Below, in pieces: positions 20,155 through 29,134 of a DNA stretch of 64,000 bases. The translations under genes and the position numbers were made by a program. The stretch's first letter is position 1. Every line of letters starts with the position of its first letter. The notes under the pieces are model-generated. The model had not been told where the DNA came from. It saw nothing but the letters and a program-made list of their open reading frames with translations, and ran no database searches. This DNA comes from an uncultured Pseudomonadota bacterium (lineage in GTDB: Bacteria > Myxococcota_A > Polyangia > Fen-1088). The DNA lies in NCBI GenBank assembly GCA_963847705.1, contig CAWKBC010000001.1, positions 166,265-230,264 of the forward strand, given 5' to 3'.

Positions 20155-21177
20155 GTGGTGGCCCTGGCGCCCACGGTCTTGCTGACGTCACTCGCCTGTC
20201 TGTGGGGGGCTCGTCTCGAGGCGGCCACCGTCCTGATCGTGCGCCCGGCCTCTCCTTCGGCCGAGCTGACCGAGACGGTCTCGCGGCTACACGGCGAGAT
20301 GTTGTCGGTGGGGTTGGCCGTCACGATCGACGAGCGCCCTCGAACGGACGCCTCGAGCGCGCCCGCCTGGTTGGAGGGCGTGGCGCTCGACCGCGGGATC
20401 GACGCGGCGATCGACGTGATCGGCGGTGGGCGGGTGCAAGCGGCCGACATCTGGGTGTTCCATCCTGCGCCGCGGCCGCCGCAGGTCACCCGCGTGATGG
20501 TCGAGCCGGACGTCGAGAACGCGCCGGCGCGCCTGGCCATTCGCGCCATCGATGTTCTTCGCTCGTTGCTCATCGAAAGAGAGCTGGCGGTCGCACCGAC
20601 GGTGCCGTCGCCGGCGACGCCCGCGGTGGTGGTCGCCACCGACGCTTCACCGGTCCACGCCGGCGTGCAGATCGGGTTCGAGCTGGGCGCGGCAGCGCTG
20701 GCCAGCCTGGACGGCGTCGGCCCCGCGATCTTGCCGCTCCTTCGCATCGACGCGGCGGTGAGTCCATGGCTGGGGCTACAAGCCGAGGCAGCGGGATTCG
20801 GAACGCGCCCCACGGTGGGAGCGCCGGGGGCCAGCGCGCGGGTCGCCCAGCAGTATGCGCTGGCCGGAGCGTGCATCTGCGCGCCTTCGATGGCGCGCCT
20901 GCGGCTGGTCGCGGGCCTTTCGGCCGGCGCCCTGCGGACGGCGGCCGACGGCGAGGCAGCGGCGCCGTTGCAGGGGCACTCGGTCGCGCAGTGGTCCTTC
21001 GTGCTCGAGGCGAGTGTCGGTGCGCGCTTGCGGCTCGCCAGGCGCGCCCACCTCACGGCCGCCGTGCACGTTCAGGTCGCCGAGCCCTACGTCGACGTCC
21101 GCGTGGTGAACGCAGGATCCGCCACCAGCGGTCGCCCCAACGTCCTCGTGACCTTCGCCGTCGGTGAGTGGTTGTGA
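20155..21177 (+). CDS. Two-domain exported protein with putative C-terminal beta-barrel
   Basis: Signal peptide; N-domain ending LAIRAIDVLRS; Pro/Ala linker; amphipathic strands; same position in the operon as the other barrel-like genes. Confidence 0.65.
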   Translation: MVALAPTVLLTSLACLWGARLEAATVLIVRPASPSAELTETVSRLHGEMLSVGLAVTIDERPRTDASSAPAWLEGVALDRGIDAAIDVIGGGRVQAADIWVFHPAPRPPQVTRVMVEPDVENAPARLAIRAIDVLRSLLIERELAVAPTVPSPATPAVVVATDASPVHAGVQIGFELGAAALASLDGVGPAILPLLRIDAAVSPWLGLQAEAAGFGTRPTVGAPGASARVAQQYALAGACICAPSMARLRLVAGLSAGALRTAADGEAAAPLQGHSVAQWSFVLEASVGARLRLARRAHLTAAVHVQVAEPYVDVRVVNAGSATSGRPNVLVTFAVGEWL

Positions 21178-22103
21178 CGGGCGGCGCGCGCTGGTCTGCC
21201 CTGGTTGCGCTGGCGGTGGCCCTCGCGCAGGTGGCCTGTTCGCGCGCCACCCTGGACGCCGTGACCGGCGCTCCCGCCGACGCCGCGGCCGATGCGCTCC
21301 TCTCGGCCGGATGCGCGTCGCCTGGGCTCCCGGCCGGCGATATGACGCGGACGCTGCAGGTGGGGACGGTGTCGCGCAGCTACGTCCTCCACCTGCCGGC
21401 GGCGTACGACGGCACGAAGGCCGCGCCGCTGGTCCTCGATTTCCACGGTATCGGCGGCACCGGCGCGAGCGAGCTGGCGAGCTCACCCTATCCGCCGCTG
21501 CTCGATCCCACCGGAGTGGTCATGGCGTTTCCCGACGGGTTGAAGGGGCCCGCCGGCACCGCCTGGAACGTCGGTCCCTGCTGCGTGGCGGGCGTGGACG
21601 ACGTGGCGTTCGCCCGCGCGGTGGTGGCCGACGTCGGACAGGCGGCCTGCATCGACGCGAATCGCGTCTACGCCGTGGGCGTGCTGACGGGCGGCGGGAT
21701 GGCCTACTATCTCGCCTGCCAGGCCGCCGATCTCTTCGCGGCCGCGGCGCCCGCCGCGTTCGACATGCTGGCCGAGAACGTGGGCACGTGTCTCCCGTCG
21801 CGGGCCATCAGCGTCGTCTCCTTCCGGGGGACTGCCGACCCACGCGTCCCGTACGCGGGCGGCGCCTCGTCGCTGGTGCCGGGGATGCCGGTCACCTTCC
21901 TGGGCGCGGTGGGGTCGTTTCAGGCCTGGGCGCAGATCGATCACTGTGCCGGGGCGGCCTCTTCTGCCGACGCGAACGGGTGCGCTCACTACTCCGGCTG
22001 TGAGGACGGGGTGGAGGTCATCCTCTGCAGCAAGCAAGGGGGGATGGATGATCCCGGGGATCCAACGATTGCCTGGCCAGTTCTCAGGCGGCACGCGCTC
22101 TGA
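21174..22103 (+). CDS. LpqC/PHB-depolymerase-like alpha/beta-fold lipoprotein, catalytic Ser/His apparently lost
   Basis: RSYVLHLP, PLVLDFHG, WNVGPCC, DDVAF, RVYAVG-VLT-GG (GxSxG Ser to Leu), GTAD..VPY; no His in the C-terminal GGxH position. Confidence 0.8.
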   Translation: MTGGARWSALVALAVALAQVACSRATLDAVTGAPADAAADALLSAGCASPGLPAGDMTRTLQVGTVSRSYVLHLPAAYDGTKAAPLVLDFHGIGGTGASELASSPYPPLLDPTGVVMAFPDGLKGPAGTAWNVGPCCVAGVDDVAFARAVVADVGQAACIDANRVYAVGVLTGGGMAYYLACQAADLFAAAAPAAFDMLAENVGTCLPSRAISVVSFRGTADPRVPYAGGASSLVPGMPVTFLGAVGSFQAWAQIDHCAGAASSADANGCAHYSGCEDGVEVILCSKQGGMDDPGDPTIAWPVLRRHAL

Positions 22104-22129
22104 CAGGGCGTCGGGGCCCTGTTTTTTTT
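22103..22129 (+). terminator. Intrinsic terminator
   Basis: acagggc-6nt-gccctgt hairpin followed by T8, right after the stop codon. Confidence 0.75.
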
Positions 22130-22201
22130 GAACCATTCGGCACCGCGGACGGCCACTGCGGGCCAAACGGACATTCTCCGTTCAAATCGAGGAGCGAAAC
22201 C

Positions 22202-23497
22202 ATGAAGGCAGCACGTCTGTCGATCCTGATTCTGGCCGGTGGCATCGCAAGCATCTCTGGGTGCGGCGGCTCGGACGCGGGCGGAACCGGCGGCTCGGGC
22301 ACCGGCGGCTCTTCGAACACCGGCGGGACGATCGGGACTGGCGGCACGCGCGCCGGCACGGGCGGCTCGGGCACGGGCGGCTTCGGCACGGGCGGCTCGC
22401 AAACTGGAGGCGCTGCCGGTTCGCGGGCCACCGGCGGCGCGACTGGGACGGGCGGCGCCATCGCCACCGGCGGCGCGACCGGGACCGGCGGTGTCGCCAC
22501 CGGCGGCGCGACCGGGACCGGCGGTGTCGCCACGGGCGGCACGACCGGGACCGGCGGTGTCGCCACCGGCGGCGCGGGGGGCGGGGGCGGGACCTCTGCC
22601 AGCGGAGGCGGTGCTGGTCACGGCGCCACCGGCGGTGAGAACGGTACCGGTGGCAGCGCGGGCGGCACGGGCAGCGGAACCTGCACGGCCTCGAAATCCG
22701 CCGGCGCGAGCGCGTCGGGCACGGGACCGCACAAGGTGACCGTCGAGACGAACGCCGACTCCGGAATCAACCAGGGAACCATCTTCCGGCCGTCCGATCT
22801 GGGCGGCACGGAGAAGTACCCCATCTTCGTCTGGGGCGAGGGCGGCTGTTCGGAGAATGGGCTCTCGAACTCGGCCGCGATGGGCGAGATCGCGTCGTAC
22901 GGATACTTCGTCATCGCCGACGGCGTCCCCAACGGCAGCGCCTCCCGCACGATGACCTCGGGCGACCCCTCGACGATGGGGGTCCCGCTGCTGGCGTACG
23001 TCACCTGGGCGATCGCCGAGAACGACAAGCCCTGCAGCGCCTACTACCAGGCCCTGGACACCACCAAGGTGGCGGCCAACGGATTCTCGTGCGGAGGATT
23101 GATGTCCGAGGGGACCGCCGGCGATTCGCGCATCACGACCTGGGGACTCAACAGCAGCGGGCTCCTGAGCGCGGACCCGACCTATCTCAAGACAGTCCAT
23201 ACCCCGGTCCTGGTCGTGCTGGGCGGTTCCGGCGACATCGCCTACACGAACGGCGAGCGCGACTACTCGACCATCGCCGGCAACGGGATTCCGATCATGC
23301 TGTTCAGCAAGGCGCTGGGGCACGGTGGTGACCTCTTCAGCGCCCATGGTGGCGATTTCACCAAGATCGATCTGGCCTGGCTCAACTGGCAGCTCAAGGG
23401 CGACACCACCGCCACCGGCAAGGGCCTGCTGATCGGCCCGAGCTGCCCTTACTGCAGCGACAGCGCCTGGGAAGTGAAGTCCCAGAACATCCAGTAG
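22202..23497 (+). CDS. Alpha/beta hydrolase (cutinase/dienelactone-hydrolase-like) lipoprotein with Gly/Thr linker
   Basis: GFSCGG nucleophile elbow, GSGDIA, GHGG; ISGC lipobox; GAGGAG SD. Confidence 0.82.
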   Translation: MKAARLSILILAGGIASISGCGGSDAGGTGGSGTGGSSNTGGTIGTGGTRAGTGGSGTGGFGTGGSQTGGAAGSRATGGATGTGGAIATGGATGTGGVATGGATGTGGVATGGTTGTGGVATGGAGGGGGTSASGGGAGHGATGGENGTGGSAGGTGSGTCTASKSAGASASGTGPHKVTVETNADSGINQGTIFRPSDLGGTEKYPIFVWGEGGCSENGLSNSAAMGEIASYGYFVIADGVPNGSASRTMTSGDPSTMGVPLLAYVTWAIAENDKPCSAYYQALDTTKVAANGFSCGGLMSEGTAGDSRITTWGLNSSGLLSADPTYLKTVHTPVLVVLGGSGDIAYTNGERDYSTIAGNGIPIMLFSKALGHGGDLFSAHGGDFTKIDLAWLNWQLKGDTTATGKGLLIGPSCPYCSDSAWEVKSQNIQ

Positions 23498-23500
23498 CCC

Positions 23501-23550
23501 CGCCGATCCCGGGCGTCGCTGACGCTCCTCGGCGCCGCGCCTCTTTTTTT
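23501..23550 (+). terminator. Possible intrinsic terminator
   Basis: Interrupted GC hairpin cgccga..gggcgtc/gacgctc..tcggcg followed by T7. Confidence 0.4.
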
Positions 23551-23609
23551 GTAACGAAAGTGCGAGAGCCGGCCACTGACAACGTGGTCCGCTCTCACCT
23601 GGAGGTCAA

Positions 23610-24647
23610 ATGAGGACGACGCGCGCGCAAGCTCTGTTCCTGGGAATCGCCGCGACCGGGCTCGTCGCCTGCAGCGGAAGCAGCGCCACCAGCGGCGGGA
23701 CCGGTGGCACGGCCGTTTCGACCGGAGGCGCTGCTCCCACGGGCGGGTCGGTCGGCTCCGGCGGGAGCGCCAGCGGTGGCAACGGCGCGCGGGGCGGGAA
23801 CGGCGGTGGCAGCGGCGGGGCGGTCTCCGTCGCCGACGCCGGCGCGCCCTGCACGATGGGCAGCTGGCCCGCGGCCAATCCCACCGTCGCCGGTCCATTC
23901 GCGACGGTCACCGAGGACAACGTCGGCCCCGCGGCGGGCGTGGGAGCCGACGGCGGCCCACCCGTCGCCTTCACGATGTTCCGTCCAAAGGATCTCGGCC
24001 AAGGTGGTCTGTGCCACCCGGTCGTGACCTGGGGCAACGGAACGGGCGCGAACCCCAGCCTCTACAAGGTGCTGCTGAATCAGCTCGCCTCGCACGGGTT
24101 CGTCGTCATCGCCTCGGACAGCCCGAACGTCTCGCAAGGGAGCCCGGCTCCGATGCTGGCCGGGGTGACCTGGGTGCTGCAAGAGAATGACGATCCGACC
24201 AGCGAGCTCTATCAGAAGATCGACACCACCCACGTCGGCGCGACCGGCCACTCGCAGGGCGCGTTCGCGACGACGACCGCCGGCGCGGACAGCCGCATCA
24301 CCACCATCGCCCCTCTCTGCGGCGCCTCCGCCCAACGGAACCTGCACGGTCCCGCCTGGCTGTTCTGCGGGGGCATGGACACCACCGTCCCCTGCAGCAC
24401 CGTGCAGAGCTCCTTCACCGCCATCACCAACGTCCCCATCATGCTGGCCGACTACCTCTCCGTCGATCACGCCAGCTGGATCACCTTCCGGGGCACGACC
24501 CCTGGACCCGTCGAAGCGGCCGTGACCGCCTGGATGCGCGTGCAACTGATGGGCGACAGCGCGCTGCGCTCCTGGTTCTACGGCGCGTCGTGCAAGCTGT
24601 GCACCGACGCGGGCTGGCAGGTCATGCAGAAGATGATGGACCAGTAG
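23610..24647 (+). CDS. Cutinase/polyester-hydrolase-like alpha/beta hydrolase lipoprotein
   Basis: LASHGFVVIA, GHSQG, GMDTTVP, DH; LVAC lipobox; GGAGG SD. Confidence 0.82.
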   Translation: MRTTRAQALFLGIAATGLVACSGSSATSGGTGGTAVSTGGAAPTGGSVGSGGSASGGNGARGGNGGGSGGAVSVADAGAPCTMGSWPAANPTVAGPFATVTEDNVGPAAGVGADGGPPVAFTMFRPKDLGQGGLCHPVVTWGNGTGANPSLYKVLLNQLASHGFVVIASDSPNVSQGSPAPMLAGVTWVLQENDDPTSELYQKIDTTHVGATGHSQGAFATTTAGADSRITTIAPLCGASAQRNLHGPAWLFCGGMDTTVPCSTVQSSFTAITNVPIMLADYLSVDHASWITFRGTTPGPVEAAVTAWMRVQLMGDSALRSWFYGASCKLCTDAGWQVMQKMMDQ

Positions 24648-24893
24648 AGAATCGAAGCCCGGCCCCGTCCGGCGATCTGGACCTTTTTCCGCCGGCGCGC
24701 GAGCTTGGCGAGCACCCTGTCGAGGCTCTGCTGGTCCAGCCATCCAGGCGGATCCGTCGATTCACCCGGAATGCTGCGACCACAACCACCCGCAGCCGCG
24801 GTACACTGCGCGCTCGGCCGCAGGCGAAGGGATCTCGTTCCGCCGGCCCCACTTGGTCGTTAAATGACTTGGTTATTTGAAGGAGGCTCTGCC

Positions 24894-26114
24894 ATGGGTT
24901 CATTCGGACAGGTCCGAAGCCGTTCATTGGTCTTGGCTCTGATGTTCGTCCTGGGTTGCGGGAGCAGCGGATCTGGAGGCGGCGGAACGGGTGGATCCCA
25001 AGCGACCGGCGGGGCGACGGGAAGCGGCGGAGCGAGCGCAACCGGCGGATCCCACGGCACCGGCGGAGCGAACGGAACGGGAGGGGTGAGCGCGACGGGG
25101 GGCTCGCTCGGGACCGGTGGCGCGAGCGCCACGGGCGGCGCGAGCGGCACCGGTGGCGCGCACGCGACCGGCGGAGCGAGCGCGACGGGCGGCTCGGTCG
25201 GAGCGGGCGGCGCAGCGGGCAAAGGCGCGGCTGGTGGCAGCGGCACCGGCGGCGCTGGATCGGGCGGGCACGGCGGCGCGGCTGGCGGCGGGGGTCACGG
25301 CGGGGCCTCGAGCGGCACCGGCGGGACGAGCGCGACCGGCGGCGCGTCGGGTTCGACCGGGGCCACCGACGGTGGCGCCTTGCCGGGTTGGGTCCTCACC
25401 TGGTCCGACGAGTTCAACGGACCGGATGGCTCGGCCGTCGATTCGACGAAGTGGGTCTACGACACGGGCGGTGGCGGGTGGGGAAACAACGAGCTCGAGA
25501 CCTACACCAGCGGCACGGCCAACGCCGTCATTCAAGGCGGGAACCTGGTGATCACGGCGGCCAGCACGGGCGGGTCGAGCTACACCAGCGCGCGCCTCAA
25601 GACGCTAGGGAAATTCAGCCAGCAGTACGGCCGCTTCGAGGCGCGGATCCAGATCCCGGAGGGGCAGGGATTGTGGCCCGCGTTCTGGATGATGGGTGCC
25701 GACATCAACACCGTCAACTGGCCGTCTTGCGGCGAGATCGACGTCATGGAGAACATCGGCAAGGAGCCGTCAATCAACCACGGCAGCCTTCACATGCCGG
25801 CGACGGGCGGCACCACGGACGATCAATTGACCGGGATGTACACGTTGTCGGGAGGCGCCAAGCTGGGGGACGCCTTCCACACCTACGCCGTGGAGTGGAC
25901 GAGCAGCACGATCAGCTTCTACGTCGACGACATGCTCTATGAGACCCAGACCCAGCAGGGCGCCACCGGACGGACCTGGGAGTTCAACAAGCCGTTCTTC
26001 ATCCTCTTGAACGTCGCCGTCGGCGGCACCTGGCCAGGCTCACCCGACTCCACCACGACCTTCCCTCAGACGATGAAGGTCGATTGGGTCCGCGCCTACC
26101 AACCCGCGAACTGA
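24894..26114 (+). CDS. GH16 beta-1,3-glucanase-like lipoprotein
   Basis: WSDEFNG, GWGNNELE, GLWPAFW, EIDVME catalytic motif; VLGC lipobox; AGGAGG SD. Confidence 0.92.
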   Translation: MGSFGQVRSRSLVLALMFVLGCGSSGSGGGGTGGSQATGGATGSGGASATGGSHGTGGANGTGGVSATGGSLGTGGASATGGASGTGGAHATGGASATGGSVGAGGAAGKGAAGGSGTGGAGSGGHGGAAGGGGHGGASSGTGGTSATGGASGSTGATDGGALPGWVLTWSDEFNGPDGSAVDSTKWVYDTGGGGWGNNELETYTSGTANAVIQGGNLVITAASTGGSSYTSARLKTLGKFSQQYGRFEARIQIPEGQGLWPAFWMMGADINTVNWPSCGEIDVMENIGKEPSINHGSLHMPATGGTTDDQLTGMYTLSGGAKLGDAFHTYAVEWTSSTISFYVDDMLYETQTQQGATGRTWEFNKPFFILLNVAVGGTWPGSPDSTTTFPQTMKVDWVRAYQPAN

Positions 26115-26155
26115 GCCGCCTGCGACTGAGCCGCCCGCGACTGAGCCGCCCGCGA
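26111..26155. repeat. 3 x 15-bp direct repeat ctgagccgcc(t/c)gcga
   Basis: Directly visible in the convergent intergenic gap. Confidence 0.8.
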
Positions 26156-26195
26156 CCTGATGGCCGGGGCGGCTCGCGCGCGGGCGCCCCGGCTC

Positions 26196-27398
26196 TTATT
26201 GCGCGGTCACGTTGGCCGTCGGGAAGGAGATGCTTCCGCTGCCGCCGCCGGCCTCGATGAGGATGCTCGCCTCGAGCATGGAGCCCAGCTGCTGGTTCGC
26301 CTTGGCCCAGGCGTTCCAGTGGTCGGTGATGGAGATGGTGCCGCAGGAGCGCTTCGAGGTGCGCATGCTGTAGATCTGGTTCCAGCTGCTGACGTTGCCG
26401 CAGCGGTTGCCGCCGGTGCCGGTCGTGCTCCGCGCAATGATGTTGTACGTGCCGCCGTCGATCGTCGCGGTGCCGACCATGGAGCCGCCCGGGTTGAAGG
26501 GCAGGTTGCCGTACGAGTCGTCGACGATGTACCACTCGACACACGGGTTCACCGACCAGCCGTAGATCCCGATGTACGAGTAGCCGCCGGCGCTCCCCGA
26601 CTTCGTCTCCGCGAAGTCTGCCGAGATCGTTCCGAGCGAGCTGACCGCCTTGCCGTTGCCCCACGAGAGGCCGATGCGGGCCAGGAAGTCGCCCGAGTTG
26701 TTCCAGCTCGCGCTGAAGGCCGGCGTGCTGTAGGTGGTCATCGAGCCGCCGCCGCTGTTCGACCAGAGCTGCCAGGTCAGGCCGGCGGCGGTCCCTTGCG
26801 AGTTGCCCGAGTGTGAGGTGCCGCCGCTGGGAAGGCTGCCGCTGCAGTTCACGGACGAACCGCCGCTTCCCGTCTGGCCACCGCTGCCGGTCGCACCGCC
26901 GGTTGCCATCGCGCCGCCTGTACCAGTCGAGCCGCCTTTGGCACCGCCGGTGCCGAACATTCCACCGGTCCCCGGCGCGCCGCCCGAGCCGTTCGAGCCA
27001 CCCTTGGCACCGCCGGTGCCGAATAGTCCGCCGGTGCCGAATAGTCCGCCGGTCCCGAATGATCCGCCCGTCGCGGTCGCACCACCGGTCCCGAGAGTGC
27101 CCCCCGTCGCGCTCACCCCTCCCGTCCCGTGTGACCCGCCGCTGCCTGTCTCGCCGCCCGTGCTCGAACCGCCGGTGCCCGTGATGGAACCACCACTGCC
27201 GGTGGCCCCTCCCGTCCCTTTCTCACCGGTGCCGCCGGTTTCGGAGGTCGTTCCGCCGCTTCCGGTGTTCGCTCCGCCGGTTCCGGGGCTCGATCCTCCC
27301 GTACCGTCGGGGATGCTTGTAGCGGCGGCGCAAGCACTCAGAATGACCGCGCCGGCCAGGGCTGTGGCGCGGACGGTGGCATTGATGGCAACTCTCAT
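26196..27398 (-). CDS. GH11 endo-1,4-beta-xylanase lipoprotein
   Basis: YIGIYGW, VEWYIVD, DGGTY, GTISITDHWNAW, LIEA; LSAC lipobox; GGAGG SD. Confidence 0.9.
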   Translation of the reverse strand: MRVAINATVRATALAGAVILSACAAATSIPDGTGGSSPGTGGANTGSGGTTSETGGTGEKGTGGATGSGGSITGTGGSSTGGETGSGGSHGTGGVSATGGTLGTGGATATGGSFGTGGLFGTGGLFGTGGAKGGSNGSGGAPGTGGMFGTGGAKGGSTGTGGAMATGGATGSGGQTGSGGSSVNCSGSLPSGGTSHSGNSQGTAAGLTWQLWSNSGGGSMTTYSTPAFSASWNNSGDFLARIGLSWGNGKAVSSLGTISADFAETKSGSAGGYSYIGIYGWSVNPCVEWYIVDDSYGNLPFNPGGSMVGTATIDGGTYNIIARSTTGTGGNRCGNVSSWNQIYSMRTSKRSCGTISITDHWNAWAKANQQLGSMLEASILIEAGGGSGSISFPTANVTAQ

Positions 27399-27563
27399 CG
27401 TGCGTCCTCCGTCGTGGGAGTGGGGGGCCACAGGACTCTGGCGCCCAGAATGAAGATCTCGCAATAGGCAGATCGGCCTATTGCCGATAGCCACGCAGCA
27501 CAGGAGCGCCGTCCCGTTCTTCGCGCGCTCTTTCCGACGCTCTCAGTCACGCAGATCTTTTCG

Positions 27564-27590
27564 TCACAATTTTACCGGGCCTCCGACAGT
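27564..27590 (+). promoter_or_regulatory. Putative promoter TCACAA-N15-GACAGT
   Basis: Recurring motif; the cgacagtaac core is identical at 29121, 37672 and 55709(-). Confidence 0.55.
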
Positions 27591-27642
27591 AACCAATTGC
27601 GGCGTCTGCTCTCCGCGGGCCGCAATCAAAAAAAGGAGCCCC

Positions 27643-29046
27643 ATGCCCCCCTCCACTCTCCATCGTGCGTTGCTCGTCACCCTGTTGCTTGGTGGTCTGG
27701 CCTGTTCTTCAAGTGGCACCGGAACCTCGGGCACGGGCGGCTCCTCGTCATCGGAGGGTGGCAGCCCCGGAACGGGTGGCCTGGGCACCGGCGGGAGCAC
27801 CAACACGGGCGGCCTCACGGGCACCGGCGGGAGCACCAACACGGGGGGCGCCGTCGGGACTGGAGGAACCACCAGCACGGGCGGCGTCCCTGGCACCGGC
27901 GGAAGCACCAGCACGGGTGGCGCCGTCGGCACTGGAGGAACCACCAGCACCGGCGGCCGGGGCGGCGCGACCGCCAGCGGGGGAACCACGGGCACCGGCG
28001 GCTCCGGAACCGGTGGCGTGGCCACCGGCGGGACGACCGGCGGCGCCACGGGCGGCTCGCCCGGCACGGGCGGCTCGCCCGGCACGGGCGGAGTTGCTTA
28101 CCAGGGCCCGTGCGACGTGGTCCCGGGCGGGTGCGCCGAGGCGTTCAGCGTCACCCGGGCGATGGTGGCCAGCTACACGGGCCCGCTCCTCGAGCTCGGG
28201 CGGACCTCGGACAAGACCACCCTGAACATCGGCCAGACGTCCGCGCACACCGCCGACATGACGACCTGGAGCGCCTTCTGCAACGGGAGCCAGTCGAACT
28301 GCGTCGTCGCGAAGATCTACGCGCAGGTTCACAGCGGAAATAACGATCTCACGCCGGGCGTGTGGAACACGCCGTGGAAGCCCGACTGCAGCGCGGGTGG
28401 ATACACCTGCGCCTCGAAGTTCACGATCGAGTCCGCGACCGGGCTCCCCATCCTGACCACCGTCTCGCCGCAAGAGTACGCGCTGTCCGGCGACAACTTC
28501 GCCACCGGCATCAACGGCGGGACCAAGGCGATGGGCATCATGTACAACGGCAAACCGGTCGCGAACAGCGTCTATTGCTGCGGCGTCATCGGCCTCACGC
28601 ACAAGTACAACGCCACCGACACCCACGGGACGGACTTCATGCTCGCCCTGGCGTACGGGTGGAGGGATTCGGGCGGCTGCTGCATCGCCGTCAACTGCGG
28701 CTCGTCCACCTCGTACTGTGTCGGCGCGGAAGAGGAGGAGGACAACGACCTGGCCGATTACGGCACGTCGCCCGTCGCCAACGCGCTGGTGGTGACGCAG
28801 TTCGATCCAACCTCGAACGCCGTCAGCACGTTCTTGAACGGCACCCAGAAATTCTCGCACTCGCCTCCCAAGGCCCAGCTGAACGCCGGGACGGCCATCC
28901 ACCTGGGCGGCGGTGGCGACCTCAGTCAACCCGACGCGGTCCTGATGCGCGAGGCGTTCTTCACCAACGCCGTCATGAGCGCGAGCACGGTGACGGCGCT
29001 GAAGACCAACGCCGTGGCGTTCTATCCGGCCCTGAGCTTCCCCTAA
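27643..29046 (+). CDS. Highly divergent GH54-like lipoprotein
   Basis: GPCDV..CAEAFSVTR..YTGPL, YCCG, AIHLGGGGD; the MEA nucleophile motif is absent; GLAC lipobox; AGGAG SD. Confidence 0.7.
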   Translation: MPPSTLHRALLVTLLLGGLACSSSGTGTSGTGGSSSSEGGSPGTGGLGTGGSTNTGGLTGTGGSTNTGGAVGTGGTTSTGGVPGTGGSTSTGGAVGTGGTTSTGGRGGATASGGTTGTGGSGTGGVATGGTTGGATGGSPGTGGSPGTGGVAYQGPCDVVPGGCAEAFSVTRAMVASYTGPLLELGRTSDKTTLNIGQTSAHTADMTTWSAFCNGSQSNCVVAKIYAQVHSGNNDLTPGVWNTPWKPDCSAGGYTCASKFTIESATGLPILTTVSPQEYALSGDNFATGINGGTKAMGIMYNGKPVANSVYCCGVIGLTHKYNATDTHGTDFMLALAYGWRDSGGCCIAVNCGSSTSYCVGAEEEEDNDLADYGTSPVANALVVTQFDPTSNAVSTFLNGTQKFSHSPPKAQLNAGTAIHLGGGGDLSQPDAVLMREAFFTNAVMSASTVTALKTNAVAFYPALSFP

Positions 29047-29134
29047 GGGCGCTCCCGCGGGCGCGCCTCTGGGTCGGCAGCCGTCCAGACTGAAAAAGCG
29101 CTACCCCTCGCCGGGGCTGGCGACAGTAACGGTT

